Shown here: positions 28,068 through 40,074 of the stretch, one piece after another
Layout: each line of letters opens with the position of its first letter
How positions within the stretch are numbered: position 1 is the stretch's first letter
Source of the DNA: Eledone cirrhosa
Lineage: Eukaryota
Assembly: GCA_964016885.1 (NCBI GenBank)
Contig: OZ024741.1
Coordinates: 354,826,001 to 354,890,000, forward strand
Length of the DNA: 64,000 nt
Reading direction: 5' to 3'
Made by a program: the position numbers and the translations under genes
The notes under the pieces: model-generated
Told to the model about the DNA's origin: nothing
Database searches by the model: none
The model's input: only the letters and a program-made list of their open reading frames with translations

Positions 28068-28632
28068 TTAAATAATTAACTCTCAGAATGCATATAAAAA
28101 TGAGAAACTTATCGCTAGAACAGCCATTAAAACTGCTAAATTCTGTCAAAGACAGTGATAAGCAAAAATGCCTCAGAGGACAGAGCTCAGCAGCAAGTGG
28201 TCAACAAAGAGATAATCCACAACGTGAGCGACAGGCATACGAAAAGATTGAAAGAGGAGGAGGAGAAGAAGGAGAAGTGTGTTGGCACACAGAAGTGACC
28301 AGAAGAGGGAGGAAATAAAGAAAAGCAATATACAAAACAAGTTTACACACACTCATCTTCACTCTCAAACCAGCAAAATGGTTTCACACAATGAGAGTGA
28401 AGATGTGTGTAAACTTGACTTGTACATCACCTTTCTTTATTTCCTCTTGCAGATACCATGCATGGTCTGGGATATTGGATGTATTAATATCATACCAACA
28501 CAAAGTCATTGGAATTCATATATTTCTCTTGATAGTTATTCACCTGTCTGTTCTATATAGGTGAAGCTTTCCTATCAACGAATCAATATGATGTGCTCTG
28601 TAGTATGTTCTCACCGACATGACTTAACTTAC

Positions 28633-30810
28633 GTATGTATGTATGTTCTTCTGGTTCATTATTTTATAAATTTTTCCCAATAGAGAGAGAGCTGCTATCT
28701 AACACACACACAAGACCCTTTCTTGGGGATTTAGACATGTGTGTGCATGTGTGCTGGTATGGATGTTATTGTATGTGTGAATCTGAATTCTTTGAGTTAT
28801 ATGTGTACACGTGCATATGTTTTATGTGTATATACAGTTATTACATGTAACATTTTTGAAATGTTTTACTTATTTTAACAGTTCTAACTAGTCATGTCCT
28901 TTTTGTTTCTGTGACGCCCAGCTTCTCAAGATTTGTACTAAGGTAGTTACTAACACATCCCAGTGCCCCAATGATCACATATATAAATCTGAAGGCATAG
29001 TCGGGATGAAGTATCTGCAAATTCCTCCTCAGTTCTGCATAGATGTTTTCCTTTTCGCTAATCTTTAAAATTATATTGGCATCTGACTTCCACTACTGTG
29101 CCTAGCCTTCTTGTTCCATATCATTATATCTTGTCTGTTATGCTTACATTTTATTGGCATTTTGACTGGGACATTCCTCCACATAGCTGAAACTTTTAAT
29201 ATATTTATTATCGGGGCTAACTTTTCTACAGATTGCATTGTAAAGTGTTTTGGCCACTACATCATTCCTCATAGGTAGATAGTACTGTAATGATATCTTT
29301 GTTATATACCTCTGCAATATTCTATTTTAACAGTGAAAATAGAGTCCTCCTTCTCTGTATTTAACTTTAGGATAGTAGCCTAAGAAGAAGATAGGTTCTC
29401 TATGGCTCTGATAATAGTGTCTAGGACTTTAGCAAGTTAAAGGGCCTCTATCATCCAAGAGTAGGCAACAAAATGGAATGCTTTCCTGTAGTCTAGCCAG
29501 ACTAACCATATTCCTCCGCACCTATGACATCATGCTTTTGTTAATTAGGAGTTGTTCAGCACACCCCAAACACCTTTTTTCCCAGCTGCTTGCTCATCAG
29601 TGATGATGTTATTATTGTCACAGTGATCTAGGAGTAATAGATGCAGGCAGCCTGTATACATGTTATACATTAATTTCTGGCATGTAATGGGTCGGTAATT
29701 TTTTGCCAAGTGCATGTCTTTGTTCTTGGGGACCAATATTTCTGCTAATGTCAACCACCCTGGTATATGTGCATCTCCTTTGAGAGCTTGCTGGTAGAGA
29801 TTGATAAAACACATCCAATAGAATGTCAGTTTTTGGTACCAGTAACAGACAATCAAGTCTCTTCCTGGTGTTTTCTATCTTGGAGTTTTCCTATCACAGT
29901 CTCAAGGGTATCATTATTGATGCTGTATGTTTTTGTTGTAGTGTAGAAGTAGTTCTTTTGTATCTCTTTCAGCCACACTGCATCTTGATTGAATTTCTTC
30001 TCTTCATTCCATAGAAGGAATCTATGTCTTTCTATGATGGGTCTTCAGTGATATTTATGACTTTTCCTTTCATATCTCTATAGACTGATGTTTGGTTTCT
30101 GTTGAATCTTTTATTGATTATTTTTCTTACAGCCATCTTCGTCTGGTATTGAAGTTTCTTACTGACACTTCTCAATCGTTTCTATTTCATTTTTTACTCT
30201 TTGTTGGTGAAGAATGTAGTTTTTTTGTTTGCATGTGGAGAACATTGTCACATATCCTATAGCATGTATGTCTGCATGTGTGTGATGCAGGTATGGATGT
30301 TATTGTATGTGTGGATCTGTATGTTTTGAATTATATGTGCATGCATGCATATGTTTTCTATGTGTATATGCAGTTATTACAGGCAGAATCTTTGGAATGT
30401 TTTACATATTTTTACAGTTCCATTAATGGATTGTACTTCTAACTTCCTAACTAGTCGTGTTCTTTCTGGTTCTGTGAAGCCCAACTTCTCAGGATTTGTA
30501 CTGAGACTGTTAGTAACATATCCCAGATCCCCAACGATCATGGGTATAAATCTGATGTATGTATGTATGTTCTTCTGGTTTTATAATTTTATACATGTTT
30601 GCCAATAGAGAGAGAGAGTCGGTTTCTAACATAGACACAAGACTCTTTCATTGGAATTTAGACATCAACTAGGTAGATATGTATGCATGCATGCATGCAG
30701 ATATGGATGTTATTGCATGTGTGGATGTGTATGTTTTGATGTGAGTTATGTGTGCATGAGCATATATTTTATATCTGTACATGTGTACATGCAGTTGTTA
30801 TATGTATGTA
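28633..30810 (-). mobile_element. Degraded R4/Dong-like LINE (RT plus restriction-like endonuclease) with tandem extra 3'-end fragments
   Basis: Minus-strand peptides IPGWLT...LVPKNKD.HLAKNYRPITC...IITDEQAAGKKGVWG, YYLPMRNDVVAKTLY and EKENIYAELRRNLQILHPDY..IIGALGCVSNYLSTNLEKLG, with many frameshifts. The 3' UTR ends in (CATA)n and is repeated at 30250-30810 and about 10430-10730. Confidence 0.8.
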
Positions 30811-31945
30811 TATGCGCGGGGACATAGAAATAGTTGGGCTGGACACCCGATCACGCGGTTAAACCACTGGGAGTGAAGGACTCCTAGCCTTTGTCAGGGC
30901 ATTCTTCTAGGAGAAGGCAACTCAAGAAACTGAGATAACTACGATATAAAACCTGCGGCTCAGTAGTTACCGATGATATTGATCTTTTCTTCTTTTCGGG
31001 TTATAGCTACTGTCGCCCAGAGAGTGGGACTGGCTCAGTGCACAGTTTTTCCTCACTTTAAAAAATATCTTCGCGCACAGGCATTGCACGATAGAATTAA
31101 TTATTATTAATAATGGTATATACTCGATAACGAGGGGGCAGCCATCATCATGTGTGTATGTACGTATGTATATATGTATGTATTGTGTGTGTGTGTGTGT
31201 GTGTAAAAGAAAAGAAAGAAATATTAATTTGTTTTATAAAACATATGATGTAACAAAAATAACGCGAAGGTTTCACTTTCAGCATGGGAGTCTGAGTTAC
31301 TGGCCTCCATTGAAAAATACCTAACCAGGAACGTGAAACAGGAACTACAACGTAGTGTGTGTGTGTCGATGCACCTCCGTCGGTTTCGACGACGAGTGTT
31401 TCGGTTGTTCGATCAACGAAACAACCTCGACGGAATTTGAACTCAGAATGGCAAGGGCCGTAGCTCTATGCGTCAAAGCATGGCGTCCGACCCTCTACTG
31501 ATACTGCCAATCCACCGCATTGTGTGATAACGCCGTTCCTTTGGATTACAGTTACAGTCCATTTGACGAGCTTCCAAACAGTTTTCACCTCCATAATTTC
31601 ACTCACAAGTCATGGACCGAACAAAAGCTATGGTACAGGCATATGTTCAAGATGCCACGTTGTATGATCGAACTTGGGACCTCGTGATTCCGAAGCGATC
31701 TTCTTAACCATTTGGCCATGCTGCGACAATGTAGTGTGTGTATTGTAAAAATGAAATCACTGAAGGAAAATTGTGTGTGAGGGAACGAGATATTACTTTT
31801 GATAAGGACGATGAGAGTAATGTACAATTAGTCTACCGTTTTTTAAACGTAATTATTTTAGTAATCTCAGAAAAATGAATATTGTTGGTTTTGGCTAGGT
31901 TTGAACTCATACCAAAGAGGTACTAGACAAGATGCCGTGATAAGC

Positions 31946-32016
<71 letters not shown>

Positions 32017-32280
32017 CACACACACACGTATATGTATGCATTATATAATTTCTGTGTGTGTGTATGTGTGGGTTAGAGAGCTAGAGAAACTGGGGTTAAA
32101 TTTAGAATTAAAGGGAGGTAATCTTGTTTGATTTAAAGTGTGTGATCAATAAAGGTATTTGTCGTTGCAGTTTTATATTCACACTCTCACGTTCTTTGAC
32201 TAACTGGGAATAGTCTGTATTGAAGTCCTCGGCTCTTGTCCACAGTTGCTTTTTCTTCAGTGCCATAACCTTCTTTCTCC

Positions 32281-32406
32281 ATGGCAGTGTCTTCAAAAGC
32301 CCCATTAATTATGCGACTGATGTCAGCCTCTGTGACTGCCTCACTCAAGGCTGGAACCACCATCAGAGATATCTTAAAATCTGGGGATCTAGGTATCAAG
32401 GACAAG
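32281..32406 (+). CDS. BPNT1: 3'(2'),5'-bisphosphate nucleotidase 1, first coding exon
   Basis: MAVSSKAPLIMRLMSASVTASLKAGTTIRDILKSGDLGIKDK|gtaaat matches BPNT1 N-termini (M.S....LMR..AS....A.KAG.I.R.....GDLGI..K), with a phase-0 donor. Upstream acceptor candidates lie at 32245 and 32260. The next exon was not found in the window. Confidence 0.88.
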
Positions 32407-33954
32407 GTAAATTTTGTTCTTCCTTTGTGTTTTATTTCTGTTATGTTCTTTTACTTTCCAAGTTCAAATGTCGCCGGGCACTGGTTTTGTATTTCCCCCT
32501 ATTACGTAGTGTGGTAAAATAAGTACCAGCTAAATAGTTCGATGTGATCTATTGTCTATTACGCTCTTCTCCTTAGCCGTTAAGGTCCTAAACACTTAAA
32601 AGATGACGGTGCCCCTCCCTCATGTATAATGTCTGCGAACAATTTTTTTTATTACATTTAATTTTATCAATATGGTGCACGTCTTCTCTTGATCCCCCAA
32701 GCTCATGTTTATTTTGCTTAGTTGTTTATTCAACTCTGTCCTCCCCAAATTTGTGGCCTGTCTCAGTAATGAAAACTTTTGTTGTTGTTACTAATCTCAC
32801 CTACTTTCATGAGAAAGTTTACCTCTTCCTTAACCTCAGTGGTCACCTAAGGTGAATCGCATCACAGATGTTGACATTTTACGATATTTCCTGTTGCTAA
32901 GTAGACTGTAAATTTGCAGCCGTGAGAACATAGCGGTGTTTATTCCATCTCTCTTCACACTCTGAGTTTAAATCCCATTAACTTCAACTTTACCTTCTGG
33001 GTCGAAATCAGCTGTATTCAGATCTAGAGATGAGATCTATGCACAAGATGCTCTTATGATTTAATCGGGAGTTACGGATCCATCCATACATACTGTAACC
33101 AAGTAATTTGTCGTTCGTGGTAAGCGGGCCTCTCTCAACGAAGTTGGTAGCTCGCCTTACTGAAGTATTTGGTTATGCTCGCATGGGAGCCTGTCTGTTC
33201 TAGCGCCTCAGCCTCATTTTCTCCAATAATCCCGTGAGTGTCTTGGCCTGCCTCAACGTATTTTAGCGAGAAACACCAGCATTTCCTACTGTAGTGTAAC
33301 GGAGTGTGCATGCCAATTCGTTTTTTTCTCTTCATTCTTTCTGGCTCATTAAAAAAATTATTATAATCTATTTATTTGCGTTGTTGATTGTATGTGTATG
33401 TATGGTCCTGTAACTCTTGAGGGAGTCGTAGGGGTATTGACATACGGCGTTCCTAGGGCATGTTTATTCCTGGTGAAGCCCGTCTCCTCTCCAGGTCTGA
33501 ATCCAGCAGATTTCTTTAGCGAATGGGAATGAGAAAGAGATATAAAGGAAAGTTGACCTCGGCGGGATTTGAATTCAGAGAGTAGAGGGCTGAAATGAAT
33601 ACCGCAAAATATTCTATCCGTCGTTGTAAGGACTCTGCCAATTCGCTGCCTATCATATAATGAAAGTATAATGACTTTGTCTTCATCCAATAACACTTGT
33701 TTAGTAATTTAAAAAAAAACAAAAAAACTTAAAACTCATAAAGAAATTTTTTTTTTACACTCAAATGTGAGAAAACATTTCCTCACTAAATCTAAAATTG
33801 CTGAAAAAAAACAAAAACAAAAAACAATTTATTGGACGTGCGAGCTGGACGTTCTACGATTTGTTGACAAAACATTTTGTTAGTGATCTTAGATCTTATA
33901 TAAATAAAATGAAAATATTACGTCTGGTTCACCGGATTCATTTTGCATGTTTTG

Positions 33955-34040
<86 letters not shown>

Positions 34041-36002
34041 TGAATTAATCAGACGATATATTTCGTTTAGTCAACGATATTCAACAAATTGTGTGTACAT
34101 TCGTGTATAAGTTCCGATTTTCCATTTGTCGTGTATGGACAAGTTATTTTTGATGGAATCGCAGGGGCGTCAGAGTGACATACGTCTTGGGCAATTTAAA
34201 TCCCTCTCCAAATCTGAACATAGCTGATTTTTTTCTCCAGAGGAGAGAAATAGGTGTGCTGGAGTGGCTTTTTTTTTATCGACCTCGAAAAGATGAAAGG
34301 CAAAGTTGGCCTCTGCGTGTTTTGAACTTAGAACATAGAGAACCAGAACAAATACCGCAAATCATTCTATCTGACGTTCTGATGATTTTGCCAATTCGCC
34401 GCCTACATTTGTCACTCTACTGGAATGTATTTACGCCACCCACAAAAGTGAAAGTGCTTGTTTTTCCCAACATCCACAATTATACTGCTTTCAGTTTCTT
34501 TGAGTTCACGTTATTGTTTACTAAGGCTTCAGATATTTAAAGCAAAATAAGAAAAATGTTTCACGCTTGAGAAAAGAATGAGATTTACGTAATCTTGATT
34601 CATTAATACAGAAAACAAGATTTGCAGGGAGTTACTGAATGTCATTTCAGTTTCTCTCTGTAAATCTTGTTTCCTGTTTTCCGTGTTGCCGGTCCATCGT
34701 GAGGGTTTGGTGGGTGGGGGAAGGGGTTCTTCATAAATTCTGGGTGAGTACTCTAATTTGCAATGTCGTTAAGTCGGAGCTTCGGAACAAGTTGGAGAAT
34801 GGAGTTTGGGGGCCATGAAACTAAAGTCCTCCATTGGTTGGTTCAGGTTATGTAATGGTGTTGATGATTCAGCATGAGAAAGTTTGTATTTTAGTAACAC
34901 CATTATTTTTAGTAGTATCCGGTGAAGGCATATGGCTTTGTGGTTAGAGTATTGGGCTTACAATCATGAGGGGGTGAGTTCAGATCCCAGACAGAGTAAT
35001 GCAATGTGTCCTTGAGCAAAACACTTTATTTCACATTGTGCCAGTTTACTCAGCTGTAAAAATGAGTTGTGATGTCACTGGTGCCTTACTGTACCAGCCA
35101 TTGCCTTTCCTTTGGACAACATCAGTGGCATGGAGAAGGGAGAGTGATATACATTGGCAACTGATGGTCTTCCACATACAACCTTGCCCAGAGTTTGAAA
35201 GAGTATAAATTAATTTAAAGATTAAACTAAGGGTATATAATTAGAGGATATAATTAAATTAAATAAGTTTATAGTTTAAAAAGAATATAAATTAGTAAAT
35301 ATAGAAGTTAATGGAGCTATAAGGTGTCTAGGCCACAGGTTCTCGACCCATTTAGGCCAAACGCCCCCTTTTGTCCCTCGAAATCACGAAACGCCCCCCC
35401 CCCCCCCTTATTTTTCCATTTTTCAATATACTAAAGATTTTGATATCAGTCGATTACTAAAAAATTGGTTAACAATATTTCAAAGATACCATTGCAGGCA
35501 GCTGAGAGTATAAATACATTCCTTGAAAGGAAATATATAAATTTCAAAAAAAGGAACATAAATATTCTTTTTTATGAATAAGTACCAGTTGAATTTGTTA
35601 TATTCCCACCTGTCGATACCAGCTATTTTGAATATTTATACAAGAGCAACTCTGTCTATCCCAAGAATGCTCTTATCTGGAAGAAAGTGGCAATTATATC
35701 ATTTCAAAGCTTTCCTATTTTCCCTTTAATGAAACGGACAGAATAAATGTTGATATCTAACTTGATGCGCCCTCCGCTTTGTGAGCTTAGAGACCATGGA
35801 AGAGGGTTTTCACGACCATATAAGAGGGTATATTTATTAGTAAATCGTAAAATATATTCAACAAATGAGTAAGTGAATTGTGGTAGATGGTTTTCGGTCC
35901 AGTCAGACTGCAACTAAAAATAAAATAATTGTTAGTTTGCTTTATAACAATAGCATATCCAAGTTTTCGGATAAATCAACTTACTTTAACTTTGACCACA
36001 TT

Positions 36003-36459
36003 TCAATAGGACCCTTGAGCTTCGTGGAGTCTAGCTAACTCTTTGACGTGAGGCTGAATTTTCGTAAGATGTAGCCAGAGATCTCCACATGTAATTACAT
36101 TGTAGTGGTTGCTAGCCTTACTGTGCAGTCTGGAAACAGCACCAAACCTCCTCTCGACTAAGTATGAACTTGGGAAAGGCAGAGCAAATCAAAAGGTCAA
36201 CAAACCGTTCTCTCATGTTGTCTTGTAGCGCACGGAGGTGAGCGGTATAAATTTGGAGTTGGTCATCGCTTACAATGTTTTGAACATTGGCGACACTAGC
36301 AAAATTATAGAATTCCTGTTAACTAAGATTCCTTTCGATGACATTCAATTTGGCCAGGAATGTTTTCACAGCATTCCTTGCTTTAAGCAAGGTGATCTTC
36401 TTCCCCTGCAAAGCCATAATGACGCTATTGCATTTGTCGAAGATGTCGGCGAGGTAGGC
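36003..36459 (-). pseudogene. Buster/Charlie-type hAT transposase C-terminal remnant
   Basis: AYLADIFDKCNSVIMALQGKKITLLKAR...(in-frame TAA)...HLRALQDNMRERFVDL, then after a deletion FALPFPSSYLVERRFGAV...GDLWLHLTKIQPHVKELARLHEAQGSY*. Confidence 0.88.
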
Positions 36460-36480
36460 GTCCATAGCACATGATACAAT

Positions 36481-37462
36481 GTGTGTTGTATGTGGTCCTA
36501 GATGTGTGTATTACCTGCTTATGTGTTGTATGTGGTCCTAGATGTGTGTGCTATCTGATTATGTGTTGTATGTGGTCCTAGATGTATGTGCTATCTGATT
36601 ATGTGTTGTATGTGGTCCTAGATGTATGTATTACCTGCTTGTGTGTTGTATGTGGTCCCAGATGTGTGTGCTACCACTTTGTGTGTTGCATGTGGTCATA
36701 GATGTGTGTATTACCTGCTTATGTGTTGTATGTGGTCCTAGATGTGTGTATTACCTGCTTATGTGTTGTAAGTGGTCCTAGATGTGTGTATTACCTGCTT
36801 ATGTGTTGTATGTGGTACTAGATGTGTGCATTACCTGCCTGTGTGTTGTATGTGGTCCTAGATGTGTGTGCTACCTCCTTATGTGTTGTATGTGGTCCTA
36901 GATGTGTGTATTACCTGCTTATGTGTTGTATGTGGTCCTAGATGTGTGTATTACCTGCCTGTGTGTTGTATGTGGTCCTAGATGTGTGTATTACCTGCCT
37001 GTGTGTTGTATGTGGTCCTAGATGTGTGTGCTACCTCCTTATGTGTTGCATGTGGTCCTAGATGTGTGTATTACCTGCTTATGTGTTGTATGTGGTCCTA
37101 GATGTGTGTGCTACCACCTTGTGTGTTGCATGTGGTCATAGATGTGTGTATTACCTGCTTATGTGTTGTATGTGGTCCTAGATGTGTGTATTACCTGCTT
37201 ATGTGTAGTATGTGGTCCTAGATGTGTGTATTACCTGCTTATGTGTTGTATGTGGTCCTAGATGTGTGTATTACCTGCTTATGTGTTGAATGTGGTCCTA
37301 GATGTATGTATTACATGCTTATGTGTTGTATGTGGTCCTAGATGTGTGTATTAGCTCCTTATGTGTTGTATGTGTGTATTATCTGCTTATGTGTAGTATG
37401 TGGTCCTAGATGTGTGTATTACCTGCTTATGTGTTGAATGTGGTCCTAGATGAGTGTGCTAC
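36481..37462. repeat. 40-bp tandem satellite, about 24.5 copies, inside the hAT element
   Basis: Unit atgtgttgtatgtggtcctagatgtgtgtattacctgctt, with one internally shortened unit near 37370. Confidence 0.97.
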
Positions 37463-38462
37463 CCACTTTTGTTTTTTCTTTTCTTTTTTATTTGTAATAT
37501 TATTTATACAATAGGGAATAAAATAGATCTACATAGTGTTAACTTGTTACGGTTGAGTCAATAGTTTCAGGCATGAAATACATTGTTATCGGTGAAGGAA
37601 AGATAAGATTCTAACTGGCTGCGCTCAAAGTGTCCTTGACTCAGTTGACTGCGGGTTTTTTAATTTTTAGGATCTCAATTGTCGGTTAATGTCTTGACAC
37701 GCCTGCACACCTGTGGTCAGACCATAGTTATGCTGTCTGCATGTTCATTCAAATGCATTCACACTGGCTGTCTCAGAGACATACAAATATGGCTTATAAA
37801 ACTTACCAAAGTAAAGAGCCTTCCAGCGACCCCTAAGCTCCAAATGCCTCCCTAACGCCCCCTGCAAGTGCATATGCCCCCCCCCCTCCCCCGTTGAGAA
37901 CCTTTGGTCTAGGCAAAGGATACAGAGGCTTTTTTCACAACGTCTGGTCTATGTCATAATGCAGCTTCATGGAGGTAAATTCCTAGGATAAGGAGAGATT
38001 AAAGATTTTCAGACATTCTCCTCATGACTTTAACTTGCTAAATTATTGATATCCAATGGAAGTGGTGCGAGGTGAACTCCCACATCCACCCTAGTGTTTA
38101 AGATGGGTAAAAATCATACAGAGGTTGGCCTGCTTAATGCCAACAAGCTAAATGCTGCCCCCTCGTATGAAAAAACTTTGAAGTTGTTTGTTTAAATATC
38201 TATTGCTATCTGATGAACTCTGGCTGATAGATTTGGTAGGAATCACACTATCTAATCATCAACCCCAGTGAAATATATATGATGGCTAAACAAATAAACA
38301 TATACACAACTGCATATGGCCTTTGCCATATTAAATGTTCTGTATGTTCCTAATTGTACTATCAATACAAAAGTAGATTTATGCATGTCGTCGAGCGCTT
38401 TATTTTATTTGCAACACCATTGAATTGAACAACCATGGTCGGTTAACTCCCTTTTAAAATTA

Positions 38463-39120
38463 TCTACTTATATATATAACCAGCAATTTCTCTGTCTGTC
38501 TGTCCGACAGTGGAAACACGTGCGTAGAGAGAGAGAGTGAGAGTGAAAGAAAGAGACAGACTACGAGAGGGGGATAGCGGGAGGGAGAGAGAGAGAGTGA
38601 ATAGACGCTAAAACACGTGCTACAGAAACATTACCTTCCCCTCTCCACTGACTTTGGTCACTGAGGCCAAGGGAATCGCGCTGAGCGCGTCATAATGACG
38701 TAATGCAGACAGCCAGACATACAGACAGATATTATAAGGGCGCAACGTTATATCTATGTATCTATCCAAAAAGAAAGACTAAGAATTATATAGAGAGAAC
38801 GCCTAATGCGGTCCCTAGGGCATTGGAAATTTGAAATAATTTTTGCTCAAAACTCTCACAGGACCATAAGTATTACATGTCTAAAGTTTGAAAACAATCG
38901 GTTGGATGGTTCTCAAGTTTTAGTGAGCTGACAGACAGACAGACATTCTCTGTTTTAGATATATAGACAAGCAGAACCCCCCCCCCCCCCCTCCGGGTGG
39001 TATTCTGCTAGTCTATATATATAAAACATAGGAGGTCTGTCTGTGTAAATCCCTAAAACTCCAGATGTAATCGACTGACATTTTTCAAACTTTACACATG
39101 CGTTATTTATGATACTTGAA
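38463..39120. mobile_element. Composite non-autonomous Helitron fragments
   Basis: A|TCTACTTATATATATAACCAGC 5' end followed by (tctg)n. An inverted piece of the 62.5-kb Helitron lies at about 38690-38965, and there is a CTAG|TC junction at 39008-39013. Confidence 0.7.
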
Positions 39121-39501
39121 GTGCAATAGGCTAATAGAAATTTAACTTTTTATGTTATTTTTTCATGTTCAAATATGCAGCATCACGTGACCTTCATTTG
39201 AACATGTCTGTCGCTATAGTCAATTGACATAATCACACAATTGGTCGTTAAAGTTGAACAACTTGAATATCGTGCAGGAGGATTTGAACCAAATATGTTT
39301 TATAAAAGCAAACTCTCACAATGGAAAATACATAGAAATCGAATCAGTCTAAAAAAATACATATCAAACTTACGATCATTGTCAAATCTGTTAGTAGGGA
39401 AAATTCAGTATTAATTTTAACTAACCAGTCAAATCGTATTGGTCAAAGAACTCCGTATGTCATTCACTATATAGATGTATATAATTGTTTGGTTCTCGCG
39501 A

Positions 39502-39574
39502 GAGGAATTAGCTCAGATGGTAGAGCGCTCGCTTTGCATGCGAGAGGTACCGGGATCGACGTCCGGATTCTCCA
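39502..39574 (+). tRNA. trnA-TGC: tRNA-Ala, anticodon TGC (variant or possible pseudogene)
   Basis: 73-nt cloverleaf with G3:U70, anticodon arm CTCGC-TT TGC AT-GCGAG and A/B boxes. There is an A2:C71 mismatch in the acceptor stem. A T5 tract lies ~25 nt downstream. Confidence 0.8.
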
Positions 39575-40001
39575 AATGTAGGACTTATATTACTATAATT
39601 TTTGATGTTTCTACTTTTTAGATCTTGCTATTATTGTTGTTGTTTCTGCTGTTGAATGCGATGGATTGGCAGTATCTGTAATCATCAGACAACATGCTTT
39701 ACAACATAGAGTTATGGCCCTTTACGTTCCGAGTTCAAATCCCGCCCATGTTAACTTAAAATAAATTAACAATAATGCACTGGGTATTTCACGGCATTGT
39801 GCCAAAAGTAGAAACAATTGTTGTTGTTGTTGTTGTTGTTGTTGTTCTTCTTCTTCTTCACACCAGCAAAATCACGTGACCTACCTGTGATTAGGGCCGT
39901 CAGCAATAGTAATCATAAAACATATAGAATCCGTCCGAGGCCGCCCTTATTATTTACTATATATGTATATATATATATTGTAGAGAAACAGACTCATGTG
40001 A

Positions 40002-40074
40002 GGGGAATTAGCTCAGATGGTAGAGCGCTCGCTTAGCATGTGAGAGGTACCGGGATCGATGCCCGGATTCTCCA
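40002..40074 (+). tRNA. trnA-AGC: tRNA-Ala, anticodon AGC
   Basis: GGGGAATTAGCTCAGATGGTAGAGCGCTCGCTTAGCATGTGAGAGGTACCGGGATCGATGCCCGGATTCTCCA: intact cloverleaf with G3:U70, and oligo-T terminators from ~15 nt downstream. Confidence 0.96.

Larger units (their letters stand above)
35334..37906 (-). mobile_element. hAT element (Buster/Charlie group), non-autonomous deletion derivative
   Basis: Perfect 8-bp TSD GTCTAGGC (35326-35333 and 37907-37914). TIRs CACAGGTTCTCGAC / GTTGAGAACCTTTG. Confidence 0.93.

Noticed and set aside
28088-28318. Charged 76-aa ORF, possibly a piggyBac N-terminal remnant
   Set aside because: Low complexity with no catalytic motifs; cannot be supported.
31260-31360. Possible BPNT1 promoter (CpGs, GAACTACAA motif)
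   Set aside because: The motif is only a partial match, and a transcription start cannot be inferred from sequence alone.
33135-33335. Minus-strand ORF with HGIIGENEAEAL, similar to the RNase H H.GI.GNE.AD.LA motif
   Set aside because: The single short motif is too degenerate to call. It is on the wrong strand and lacks the QT.AD motif, so it is not BPNT1 exon 2 despite IIGE.
36481-37462. Regular 40-bp repeats as a CRISPR array
   Set aside because: The units are contiguous with no unique spacers, there are no cas genes and the context is eukaryotic; it is a satellite within a hAT element.
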